In this document: positions 51,290-60,303 of the stretch, in pieces
How the letters are laid out: each line of letters opens with the position of its first letter
How positions within the stretch are numbered: the first letter of the stretch is position 1
Program-made: the position numbers and the translations under genes
Source: Hadesarchaea archaeon
GTDB lineage: Archaea > Hadarchaeota > Hadarchaeia > Hadarchaeales > WYZ-LMO6
Reading direction: 5' to 3'
Length of the DNA: 64,000 nt
Assembly (NCBI GenBank): GCA_029259185.1
Contig: JAPDJF010000001.1
Span: forward strand, 63,427-127,426
Notes under the pieces: generated by a model
Seen by the model: the letters and a program-made list of their open reading frames with translations, nothing else
What the model was told of the DNA's origin: nothing
The model's database searches: none

Positions 51290-51757
51290 TTTGGGACAAA
51301 ATTACCCCATAACCACTCTTGTGGCAAAGACGTTGTAAGCAGCGCTACGGAGAACATCGCCATCTCTCGCCTTTCCTCCCTTCGTTGCTTTATCGTCCAG
51401 CCGAACCGTCTCTCGCCCGCGGATGTCGCGGCTTCGCTCAAATTTCTCATGAAGTACTTCTTGAGGAGCTCCATGGGATCCTCTGCTATCCTCCCGATGA
51501 CCGGGACCCACTCCAAACCCACTCTTGAGAGGTCTTTTTGGGGACGATGTAGACGGAAGTTCTCTCCCCGAAAAGTCTGAGAACCTCCCTCGAACTGTAG
51601 TATTTGTCCATCGAGATCTCTTTCATTTTGATTCCCGTTCTCGCGAGCATCCCATCGCTTGATGGTAACCAGTTCCGTCGCCTGCCTCGTCGGAGTGCAG
51701 TCGCTCCACGCTCTTGTAGCTGACCTCGAAACCGAACAGCGGCTCGAAGGGGAGCTC
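51290..51757 (-). mobile_element. ISNCY-like archaeal transposase fragments
   Basis: EPLFGFEVSYKSVERL.SD...DGTGY; MDKYYS; YF.RNLSE...RRFGW.I.QRRE.RRE.AMF in different frames. Confidence 0.65.
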
Positions 51758-52157
51758 GTGCTTTTTCAAATCGACGATGAGGGCCTGAGTATCCGTTCGC
51801 TTCAGCCTTATCCTCTTCTCATGCGCAAAATTGAGTTCGGAGGCAGGCGGTTGTAGAGCCACCTGCAAAGTGCCATGTGGTGGTTCAGAGTGCAGACCTG
51901 GGTATGTCCAGAGTTGGTTTTGCCTTGAAGATCATGTGGAAGTGATCTTTGTCGCACTCCAAGTTTAGAACCTCGACTTGGAAACTCTCGCTTATCTCTC
52001 TCACTTTTTGCTTCAGCAAATCCACCACCTCGTTTTCAAGCACCTTTCTTCGGTATTTTACGACTTGAACTAGATGATACTGCAGGGCATGACTGAGTGT
52101 GCCCCCTTGTCCAACTCATTATATCCTGCGGCTCTCATCCCCTAGCTCATGCAGGGG
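51758..52157 (-). mobile_element. IS200/IS605 remnant: left-end hairpin + tnpA (Y1/HUH) fragment fused to 5-prime tnpB fragment
   Basis: YHLVQVVKYRRKV...ECDKDHFHMIFKAKPTLDIP; 51758-51890 is a near-identical copy of 29304-29436; hairpin CCCCT-N9-AGGGG at 52139-52157. Confidence 0.88.
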
Positions 52158-52190
52158 AGGGGAAAGAAATGAAGAAATGAGGAACACATA

Positions 52191-52290
52191 TATAGTTGGT
52201 CATAAAAACTCTCGTGAGTAGGGCTGGGATGGCCCGAACGAACGCCTGTGGGGACCGAGGCCTCCTGCGAGATGGCTGGGAATAGTTTAC
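52191..52290 (+). mobile_element. Second, shortened omegaRNA-like cassette
   Basis: 52191-52245 is identical to 42145-42199; ends in degenerate right end GGGAATAGTTTAC. Confidence 0.7.
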
Positions 52291-52311
52291 ATAATCCTTT
52301 TTTGAGAAGTA

Positions 52312-53244
52312 TTGGCGAGTGATAGGGTGGAGCGAAGAGACCTCGTGATAATAGGTGCCGGGCCGGCCGGGCTCGCGGCCGGAATCTATGGAGCACGAAG
52401 CGGGTTGAAGACCATTGTACTCGAGGAAAGACTCCCTGGGGGAATGATGACCGAGGCACCTCTCATCGAGAACTATCCAGGATTCTCAAAGGTTGCGGGG
52501 ATGGAGCTAGCGGAACGCATGGCAAAGCAGTGCAAAGATGCCGGAGCGGAAATCCGCCAGATGGAGAGGGCTGAGCGGATCGAACTCAATGGAGAGGAAA
52601 AAATCGTGCACACCTCAAAAACGAAATACTCAGCTCCGGCCGTGATCGTGGCCACCGGAAGTGCCCACCGGAAACTCGGGGTTCCCGGCGAAGAGAAGTT
52701 TCTGGGGAAGGGGGTGAGCTACTGTGCAACGTGTGATGGTCCTCTCTTCAGGGGAAAGAACGTCCTCGTGGTTGGTGGTGGAAACTCCGCCGTGGTCTCT
52801 GCTCTTCACCTTTCAGAGCTGGCTTCAAGTGTCACCCTCGTTCATCGAAGAGACAAACTCAGGGCCGATGTCGCCCTCGCGGAAAAACTGAGGGGAAGAG
52901 TCAATGTGATATGGAACTCGATAGTTGAGGAAATCCAAGGCTCTCTTGGGAAGAAAAGGGTAATTCTGACGAACCGGAAAACCGGAGAGCGAAGTGAGAT
53001 TGAAGTCGATGGAGTCTTCGTTCTCATAGGGGAAGAACCCAGGAGCGAACTCGCTAGAAGGGCCGGGGTAAAAACCGACGAAGCGGGATACATCGTGGTC
53101 GACCGAAAGCAGCACACGAGTATCGAGGGAATTTATGCAGCGGGTGACGTGACGAACTTCCCGATCAAACAAGTAGGTGCAGCGGTGGGGCAGGGGATAA
53201 CCGCGGCCTTGGAAGCGTACAGCTACATCCGTGGCCTCACGTGA
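52312..53244 (+). CDS. trxB: Thioredoxin reductase
   Basis: IIGAGPAG, IENYPG, GVSYCATCDG, VVGGGNSA, HRRD, AAGD. Confidence 0.95.
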   Translation: MASDRVERRDLVIIGAGPAGLAAGIYGARSGLKTIVLEERLPGGMMTEAPLIENYPGFSKVAGMELAERMAKQCKDAGAEIRQMERAERIELNGEEKIVHTSKTKYSAPAVIVATGSAHRKLGVPGEEKFLGKGVSYCATCDGPLFRGKNVLVVGGGNSAVVSALHLSELASSVTLVHRRDKLRADVALAEKLRGRVNVIWNSIVEEIQGSLGKKRVILTNRKTGERSEIEVDGVFVLIGEEPRSELARRAGVKTDEAGYIVVDRKQHTSIEGIYAAGDVTNFPIKQVGAAVGQGITAALEAYSYIRGLT

Positions 53245-53284
53245 ACTCGAAAATTTTTGATCGGAAACCACGTAAATAAATCGT

Positions 53285-53369
53285 GCGGGGGTTGCCGAGC
53301 CAGGTCAAAGGCGTACGGTTCAGGGCCGTATCCCGAAGGGGTTCAGGGGTTCAAATCCCCTCCCCCGCA
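53285..53369 (+). tRNA. tRNA-Leu (anticodon CAG), no encoded CCA
   Basis: GCGGGGG/CCCCCGC-A acceptor stem; TACGG-TT CAG GG-CCGTA anticodon arm; long variable arm; GGTTCAAATCC T arm. Confidence 0.95.
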
Positions 53370-53397
53370 TTATTTTACCAGTAAACTAGGCCCCAAA

Positions 53398-53800
53398 ATG
53401 ATCTCTTTATTCGGTGATCTTCCGAGACTGGAAGAGGCACGCGAAGAAAGCTGGCGTATCGATTTCGAAGTTTGTCATAGGATTGAGGACTCGATCAGGA
53501 AGAGGAAGGAGAAAAGGGATACCTTTCAAGGCTCGACCTCGTTAACCATCTGGAAGAAGTGAAGGAGAAAGTAAAGGAACTCACGAATGAGAACCGAATG
53601 CTTCGAAACTCGCCGAAAACTTAGATCGTGAGCTCAAGCAGTACAGGATCAAACCGTTTGTGGTCGAGGAACTCGCAGAGGTTCGCGAGTTCGACAAAGA
53701 TCTCCTAAAGTTGCTTCAGAAGGGTACGCCTGTGAACGAGGAGATGAGTTACAAGGAGATCGCCGAAAGACTGGGGTGTCCATTAAAACGATCGGAGTGG
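53398..53800 (+). pseudogene. Multiply frameshifted RHH/coiled-coil/HTH regulator-like gene
   Basis: Joined frames read KKAGVSISKFV..RIEDSI...SRLDL...VKELTNENRMLRKL.ENLDRELKQYR.KPF...REFDKDLLKLL, then MSYKEIAERLG. Confidence 0.5.
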
Positions 53801-53854
53801 TTTCTCAAAACGTAGAGATAGTTTACTGACTAAGCTAGGTGCGCAAAAATAATT

Positions 53855-54198
53855 TGGTCTTAAACCTCCATATTTGGACTAACAGGCGCTCGTGGTTTTT
53901 CCACATCCGCAGGGGGCACCAAATCCTGGGGGGTCGGATCGAGATGAAAAACCGGGCAAATTTATTGTCGGTCTCCACGATTTTGAATGCGTCCTTATCG
54001 AGGAGAATAGGGGATTTGCGCCCATCTTTTGCCTTCCAACTGAGCGGCCTGCAGTAGTAGGAGGATAGCCTAGTCTGCTCCCTCAGCTTCTTGTAGTCCC
54101 TCTTGGGCGCGATCCCACGCTTGGAGGTCTTCCACTCTCCTCAGCTCGCTTCTCGTAAGGCCGTGCGGTTCAGCCCTCACGGTTTTGGAGACCAGCAT
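53855..54198 (-). mobile_element. 5-prime TnpB fragment homologous to the 4532 remnant
   Basis: MLVSKTVRAEPHGLTRS..RRVEDLQAWDRAQ/RDYKKL.EQTR vs MLASKTIRAELYGLTRF..KLLEDLQAEWDRAQ..RDYRTLREQTR. Confidence 0.75.
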
Positions 54199-54475
54199 CA
54201 CCGTAACTTGGCGTTTCCCCTAAATACTTAAGCCACGAATATTTACTAGAACCAGATCACGAAACTTTTTCATTCACCGACAAATGTGATACCATGCTTT
54301 CGTCTCCCTTTTTACTGGTAAATTGCCCGGCACAGATAAAAAAAGGAAAAAGCTAGGGATCTGGGAATGAACTGATCCAGAGCTAGATCCGTTTATGAGA
54401 GCTTGGGGTTAGTCTAAACTCCCCCTTCCTCGGCCGGAGGTGCCAGACCTCGTAACATTCCCCCCAATCTGAGGG

Positions 54476-54730
54476 TTACTCTACGAGTTTCACTTCTTTA
54501 AGCTTTGAGATAAGGCCGGTGACCACGGGCTCGACGCGTTCCCTCTCAACGTGGGTCCGGGAGATTATTTCATCGATCACCTCTTCTTCACTCCTCCCCT
54601 CGCATAGGTCCCACACCACTATCGCGATCTCCCCGACGATGAACCCCTCGTTCTGCTCATTGACCAACACCATCTCGCCCCTTTCGGTCTGACCGACACT
54701 ACCCTTTCGTTTAAGTTTCTTTTCTTCCAT
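54476..54730 (-). CDS. Stand-alone PqqD family protein (RiPP recognition element fold)
   Basis: Three beta strands then IA..VWDLCEG.S.EEV..EI.......V...V..LI.KL.E..LVE; 84 aa from ATG 54730. Confidence 0.75.
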   Translation of the reverse strand: MEEKKLKRKGSVGQTERGEMVLVNEQNEGFIVGEIAIVVWDLCEGRSEEEVIDEIISRTHVERERVEPVVTGLISKLKEVKLVE

Positions 54731-54895
54731 TTCAACCGCCTGTGAAGAAAACTCCAATCGACGGCTTTTAACTCTACCGGAATGAAATTTTTTGGGCAAC
54801 TTGGGATCGAGCGACCAATGACGAGTACCTACACTAGAACCCAACCACAAAAGTTCCCTCCCTGTCAATCGAAACGTGCTTGGATGTCGCTGAGG

Positions 54896-55279
54896 TTATT
54901 CGATCTCAACGATTCCCTCGCTCGCATCCACCACGAGCTTATCTCCCGTCCTGATTTTACCGATGTCGATCTTGTCCACACATGGAATCCCCGCCAAAAT
55001 CGTGCCCGCAGCGACAATCGGTTCGGTATCCTCGTTCAGGATCGCCGCAGGGGCTACACCGTTACGCTTCAATCCGTAAATCACATAGGAGCCCACTGTG
55101 GATCCCTTCGCCTTTGGGAAGACCAAGATTTTCCCCTTAACGCATTTGCCCTCAAGCTCGTGGCCCCTCTCCATCACGATGCCCGTCTTCGGATCGACCC
55201 CACCGTAGAAGCTAATGGGTGTCTTCGAAACCAGAGCCTCACCACATGCCTTTCCCGGGCTTATCGTTCTCCCCCTCAC
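54896..55279 (-). CDS. Phosphomevalonate dehydratase small subunit (AcnX swivel, DUF126)
   Basis: GEALVS..PISF.GGVDP.TG, H.L.G....KILVFP..KGSTVGSY; GTGA overlap with the large subunit. Confidence 0.9.
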   Translation of the reverse strand: MRGRTISPGKACGEALVSKTPISFYGGVDPKTGIVMERGHELEGKCVKGKILVFPKAKGSTVGSYVIYGLKRNGVAPAAILNEDTEPIVAAGTILAGIPCVDKIDIGKIRTGDKLVVDASEGIVEIE

Positions 55280-56463
55280 CCAACCCACCTCTTGAGCAGA
55301 TAGTCTGTACTCCTGAACACAACTTTTTGCCCGCAAAGACTGGGCAGATAGCTCGCCGCTTTCCCAGAGTCGACTCCAACCGTCTTGTAACCCATCCGCT
55401 CGATTGGAGAGACGACCGCACACGTATCCGCTACTATTCTCCCCCCCAACCGCTCGATCCGCTCTACAAGCCCCATCCTAGTCGCGATATCTTTGGTATA
55501 GCGTGAGGTGCATATCCACACCGGCTTGCGAAGGTGTTTTTCTCCGAGCTTGGAGGCAAAGGCGATTATCTCATCCAGTGACGCATGGGGACAACCCAGC
55601 ATTATGATATCTGGATCCTCCCCCGTGCTCAGCTCTTCGTAAACCCGGCGCAGCTCTTCCGCACCCACTTCGATTGTCTCGACCCCAGATGTCTCCACGG
55701 ACTCGGATTCGGGCGTCAATCCCTCGATGTGGTAAAGGCCGACCGCCCCGGACACCGCCATAGCAGCACCTAGTGCCTTCAGCTGGTCCGTACTCGCCCA
55801 CTTAACCCCCTTGAAGTAAGGGATCCCGTCCCCAATGATCTTCCCTATGCAGTAGCCGAGAGCACTGAAATCTGAGCTACTTTTCAACTCAGCGCTAACC
55901 TTCACCACAACGCTGGGATTTCGGTTCTCGGTGAGATGCAAACCGTAGTTTGGGGTTACCCCACATATCGCCGCAGCCAATGCAGAGGGGCCTCCCTCCC
56001 GGTTCGTGCGTGCGCCGATAACGGAGTTCGCGAACGAAACGGCTGAAGATTCCGACCAAGCGATGTGCTCAGCGAAACGCGGGAGGTTACCGGCGAGGTA
56101 GGGTGTACACGTGATGGTCATCGCCACGCCCATCCTCCGGAAGGCCTCTATTATCTTGAGCTGTTTCGCCGCGAAATCCAACGGCACCCCAAGCTTACGC
56201 CAATCGATGAGGTCCATCCCAGCTGGATTCAGGGTGGTGAGCACTCTCACTCTCGTTCCCCCCGCCGCCAAGTCCTCCAAGAACTCCAGGCCCGGATCAC
56301 CGATCGATTTGTAAGAGACGCCAGCGACTTGGACAGAGCTAACCGGGATCATTCGATCCGCACCGTAGATCTCTCCAAGCTTGACGAGCAACCTGAGGCT
56401 CCGTTCCATGACCTCCCCGTATTCACCCTCAAGTATCCGCTCTTGCTCCCTCGTCAGATACAT
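55276..56463 (-). CDS. Phosphomevalonate dehydratase large subunit (AcnX, DUF521)
   Basis: GVSYK.IGD.G, TLNPAG, TCTPY, WSESSA, GCPH.S, DTC.VV.P, DSGKA. Confidence 0.92.
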   Translation of the reverse strand: MYLTREQERILEGEYGEVMERSLRLLVKLGEIYGADRMIPVSSVQVAGVSYKSIGDPGLEFLEDLAAGGTRVRVLTTLNPAGMDLIDWRKLGVPLDFAAKQLKIIEAFRRMGVAMTITCTPYLAGNLPRFAEHIAWSESSAVSFANSVIGARTNREGGPSALAAAICGVTPNYGLHLTENRNPSVVVKVSAELKSSSDFSALGYCIGKIIGDGIPYFKGVKWASTDQLKALGAAMAVSGAVGLYHIEGLTPESESVETSGVETIEVGAEELRRVYEELSTGEDPDIIMLGCPHASLDEIIAFASKLGEKHLRKPVWICTSRYTKDIATRMGLVERIERLGGRIVADTCAVVSPIERMGYKTVGVDSGKAASYLPSLCGQKVVFRSTDYLLKRWVG

Positions 56464-56512
56464 GCTTCCAGATTACCCGAGCCACGCCACCATAAAACCA
56501 TACTGGAGGATT

Positions 56513-57790
56513 CTACGATCCTAAATAGTCCTCAAGGTCCAGCTCCAGCGGGAGGCCCGGCCTCCTGAACCCCTCTGGATCCCGATCTGGAGGGATAGTC
56601 AGATCAAAGCCAACCTTGGTTGTCATCCGGGTCTCTTGGTCAGCAGAGGGATCGAGCGAGGATCCGGGTTCCTTCCTCATGACGATGTCCCTGTCCCCTT
56701 GGAATCGAGTAGCCATCGCCCACTCGACCTCATTGGGGTTATGGATGTCTATGTCCTCGTCTACCACCCATACATGCTTCAACGACCTATGTCCCCTGAA
56801 GGCGGCCTCAATTGCCCTTCGCCCATCGTCGGGTGCCTTCTTCCGGATGCTCACCACGGCGTGCAACCAACAGCATCCTCCCGAGGTGACTAGAACGTCC
56901 CTGCACTCACACACCTTACTTACCTCCCGGAATATCGTCGGCTCACGGGGGATTCCCATTAAGACCATGTGCTCGGGGCCCCCGGGAAGCAACGCGTGGT
57001 AGAGCGGGTTCTCCTTTGTGAATATTCGCTTTATCCTAGCAACCCTCTGCTTCCGCACGATGTCGGGGATTCCTGTTAGGTCGAGGAAAGGCCCCTCATC
57101 GTGTTCCTCTCCCGTCACCTCCGCTATCATGACTATTTCCGCCTCTGGAACCTTGTGTCCCCCGAGTTCGATGAGCTTTGTCTCCACCAGTGCGTTAGCT
57201 ATGCTGAGTTCGCTTTTCCCCAACTCTACCGAGATCGCAGCACTCACCAGAACTTGTACGGGGTTTCCTATGCATATCGCGAACTCCCTGTTTCCGCGCC
57301 TCAAGAATGCATCGAAGTCACGGGGTAGGATCCTCATCACCACTTTGTTTTTTGAGATGACCATCATCCTATGAAATGAAGCGTTGAGACCGAGCTCCGG
57401 GTCGCGTGCTATCACCACCCCTGAGGAGATGTAGGACCCACCATCGAACGGATAGTGGAGGAGGATGGGGAATTTCGTGAGATCGGCAGAGACCTCACGG
57501 TAGTCATGAGAAATCGTGACCTCGGGTTCCTTGGGGTTCTCTATTGCTCCCACCAGACGCACTAATAGCTCGTCCGGTTTCACCCCCAGTGCCATCGCAA
57601 CCAGCTCGCGCGTGGAGCACAAGTTCGCTACCACAGGCATTGAAAAGCCCTTCACGTGCTCGAACATGAGCGGCTTGCCACCCACCAGTCTAATCAGGGA
57701 GGAGATCTCGTATCTCGTGTCGACGGGGCGCTTGATCCGCACCAAGAGCCCCTTCTCATCCAGAACTTTCACGAATTCCCGGAAGTTCAT
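56513..57790 (-). CDS. UbiD-family decarboxylase (probable anhydromevalonate phosphate decarboxylase)
   Basis: DGG.YI, N.S.HR, EGPF.D.TG, GG..WLH, VDEDIDI, WA.ATRFQ, SSLDPS; operon with AcnX and UbiX. Confidence 0.88.
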   Translation of the reverse strand: MNFREFVKVLDEKGLLVRIKRPVDTRYEISSLIRLVGGKPLMFEHVKGFSMPVVANLCSTRELVAMALGVKPDELLVRLVGAIENPKEPEVTISHDYREVSADLTKFPILLHYPFDGGSYISSGVVIARDPELGLNASFHRMMVISKNKVVMRILPRDFDAFLRRGNREFAICIGNPVQVLVSAAISVELGKSELSIANALVETKLIELGGHKVPEAEIVMIAEVTGEEHDEGPFLDLTGIPDIVRKQRVARIKRIFTKENPLYHALLPGGPEHMVLMGIPREPTIFREVSKVCECRDVLVTSGGCCWLHAVVSIRKKAPDDGRRAIEAAFRGHRSLKHVWVVDEDIDIHNPNEVEWAMATRFQGDRDIVMRKEPGSSLDPSADQETRMTTKVGFDLTIPPDRDPEGFRRPGLPLELDLEDYLGS

Positions 57791-57803
57791 CTAACCACCA
57801 GAA

Positions 57804-58376
57804 CTAACCCAAAGAACCTCCCCCACCTTCCCACCTACGGTAAAGCCCATGTTCCACCCCGAGCACGTCCAACACCCGACCGACCACGAAGTCCACGAGG
57901 TCGGATATGCTCCGAGGTTGATGGTAGAATGCGGGGCAAGCGGGTAAGATGGTGGCTCCTGCACGCCTCAGCCTCACCATGTTCTCTAAGTGAACCGTGC
58001 CTAGGGGAGTCTCCCTAGGGACCAGCACCAGCGGGCGGTTCTGCTTCAGCATTATGTCCGCTGCGCGTGTAATCAAGTTAGTCGCGATGCCGTTCGCTAT
58101 CGACCCGAGCGTCTTCATGCTGCAAGGGGCGATCACCATCCCGTTCACCCTGTATGACCCGCTGGCGAGCGGGGCCAACATGTCATCGGGCGAGTAGTTT
58201 CGCGTCGCGAGTTCTCTGAACTCTTCTGCTTTCCTCCCGAGTTCCAGCTCGAGCAACCGTTCGGCCATTTCGGAGATTATCAAATCCGTTTCTATCCCCA
58301 GCTCCCGGCAGGCTTCCAGCAACCTCGTCCCGTACACCACCCCGCTGGAACCCGTAATCGCAAGCACCAAACGCAT
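57804..58376 (-). CDS. ubiX: Flavin prenyltransferase
   Basis: ITGSSG, ASGS, PCSMKTL, NLI.RAAD, PRETP, PAFY. Confidence 0.95.
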   Translation of the reverse strand: MRLVLAITGSSGVVYGTRLLEACRELGIETDLIISEMAERLLELELGRKAEEFRELATRNYSPDDMLAPLASGSYRVNGMVIAPCSMKTLGSIANGIATNLITRAADIMLKQNRPLVLVPRETPLGTVHLENMVRLRRAGATILPACPAFYHQPRSISDLVDFVVGRVLDVLGVEHGLYRRWEGGGGSLG

Positions 58377-58500
58377 CGTTCAACCCCCCTTCCACTTGGG
58401 AAGGCCGACTTAATATCCCCCTACCTTAAGGGGACCAAAGCCTGTGAACCACAAAGTTTTACAACATCTGGCGTTAACTTGGTGAATTCGGGGGGAGGGG

Positions 58501-59934
58501 ATGAGAAACCAAAAGGGCGAGAAGGACCTCACCGTTTTTTTCGAGCCCGAGTGTGTGGCGGTCATAGGCTCGCTTTCCAGAGGGTGGTTCGGCGGGCTCG
58601 CCGTGCTCGAGAACCTCAAGAAGTTCGGTTATCCCGGAAAGGTGTTTTTGGTCAATCCCTCTCACGACCGGATCGGAGACATCAACGTTTATCCGAACAT
58701 AAAAGAGGTGCCCGAACCCGTAGATCTCGCGATCATCCTCACCAAAGCTGAGAGAGTCCCCCGGATCCTGAGGGAGTGTGTGGAGGCGGGGGTAAAGGGC
58801 GTGATCGTGGGGTCTGATGGCTTTGCGGAGAGGGGTGGAAGGGGTGTCGAGCTACAAAGAGAGATCGTGGAAATAGGGAAAAGGAGTGGGGTGAGGATCC
58901 TGGGACCAAACACGCTGGGTACCGTGAACACCTCGATTGGGTTCGTTCCCACCACTTACACGGTGGCGTACTCGAGTCTCAAGAAGGGAGGGATAGCGCT
59001 GGCGGCTCAAACGGGCATAATCGGACCCCAAGCCATGGCGTACGAAGATTGGGGGTACGGCATCAGCAAGATATGTGACTTTGGGAACAAGTGCGATGTG
59101 GATGAGTGTGATCTCTTGGAGTACCTAGCGGAAGATCCGGAAACGAAGGTAATAGCGATGCACCTTGAGGATGTAAGGAACGGGCGGAGGTTTCTAGAGG
59201 TGACGAGAAAGATCGTACCCAAGAAACCGGTGTTGGTTTACAAGCCTGGTAAGAGCGAAGAGAGCACTAGGGCACTGCAATCTCACACTGGCTCCCTAGC
59301 GGGGAATCGGCGGGTGTACGAAGCTGCGCTTAGACAGGCTAAAGTAATCCAAGTCAACTCGTTTAGGGAACTCCTAGAGATCCCCAAAGCTTTCTGCTAT
59401 CTTCCCCTCCCGAATGGAAACCGGGTTGGGATCATCACCCTCACGGGCGGGGCAGCGGTGATGGCGATAGACAGTCTGGCAGAATCCGGCTTGAAGCTCG
59501 CGAGCTTCTCGAAGGAAACCCTCCAAGCGCTGGCGGAGATCGACCCCTCCATCGCATCCAACCCTTCGGACCTCGGACCCCTGATGGCCAGAGGCACTTA
59601 TCCCCAAGATGAGGTGATCGAGATAGTGATGAACGATCCCAACGTGGACTCTGTCTTGGTGATAACCGCAGTATTCTTCACCAAGCCCATTGAAATCAAA
59701 GAACTCCATAAACCCGTGGTGTTCTGGGTGTATGGCCCTTCTACCGAAACCATAAACGAGTTCAAGAGAGAACTCGAGAACATGGGCTGTCCTGTGTATG
59801 AGGAGCTGGAGATCGCCACGAGGGCGCTCGGAGCCCTGCATCAGTATGGGAAGATCAAAAACTGTTCTCCCCCCACAGCGGCGGCCCAAAACTCAGGCGG
59901 AAAGGGGCCCCGCAAAGTTCCGGAAAGATTTTAA
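58501..59934 (+). CDS. Acyl-CoA synthetase (NDP-forming) alpha subunit
   Basis: VNP, VDLA, GFAE, R.LGPN..G, GNK.D, SHTG (phospho-His), GG, NP.D. Confidence 0.88.
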   Translation: MRNQKGEKDLTVFFEPECVAVIGSLSRGWFGGLAVLENLKKFGYPGKVFLVNPSHDRIGDINVYPNIKEVPEPVDLAIILTKAERVPRILRECVEAGVKGVIVGSDGFAERGGRGVELQREIVEIGKRSGVRILGPNTLGTVNTSIGFVPTTYTVAYSSLKKGGIALAAQTGIIGPQAMAYEDWGYGISKICDFGNKCDVDECDLLEYLAEDPETKVIAMHLEDVRNGRRFLEVTRKIVPKKPVLVYKPGKSEESTRALQSHTGSLAGNRRVYEAALRQAKVIQVNSFRELLEIPKAFCYLPLPNGNRVGIITLTGGAAVMAIDSLAESGLKLASFSKETLQALAEIDPSIASNPSDLGPLMARGTYPQDEVIEIVMNDPNVDSVLVITAVFFTKPIEIKELHKPVVFWVYGPSTETINEFKRELENMGCPVYEELEIATRALGALHQYGKIKNCSPPTAAAQNSGGKGPRKVPERF

Positions 59935-59957
59935 CCGAATCCACCGAATCTCTACTG

Positions 59958-60296
59958 ATGTCGGAGGAGAAACTCGTGGAGGGTTTAAAGCTCTTTCTCG
60001 AGAAGGGAAAGGAGTGGGAAAGAAAAGCAACAAGTGTGCCGGGAATTTTCATTCTTAAGCTCCCCCCCTACAAGCGATCCCCTTCCCAGCTCGTGGTCGA
60101 GATAAACCCGCTCAACACCTCGGGAACTCCGACGAAGAAGAGAGGATTGATCCTCAGGAATCGCCAAGAACTTGAACAGTTCAAGAAGCTCATCGGCGAT
60201 GGGAAACTCGGGGGGCTTCTACAGAGGATAGAAGAGGTGAACCAGCCAGCCAAGAAAACGGGAAGACCTGAAGTTGGAGAGATCATCGAGATCTGA
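59958..60296 (+). CDS. Conserved hypothetical archaeal protein
   Basis: Clean ORF with W...T..PG.F..KLP...L..EINP...G.P.K..GL pattern. Confidence 0.6.
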   Translation: MSEEKLVEGLKLFLEKGKEWERKATSVPGIFILKLPPYKRSPSQLVVEINPLNTSGTPTKKRGLILRNRQELEQFKKLIGDGKLGGLLQRIEEVNQPAKKTGRPEVGEIIEI

Positions 60297-60303
60297 GGAG
60301 AAC

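Noticed and set aside
53257-53562. 101-aa ORF
   Set aside because: Spans the tRNA-Leu gene; only the distal part belongs to a pseudogene.
54766-54782. TTTAACTCTACCGG resembling an IS605 left end
   Set aside because: Similarity stops after about 13 bp with no hairpin; more simply the TATA region of the PqqD gene.
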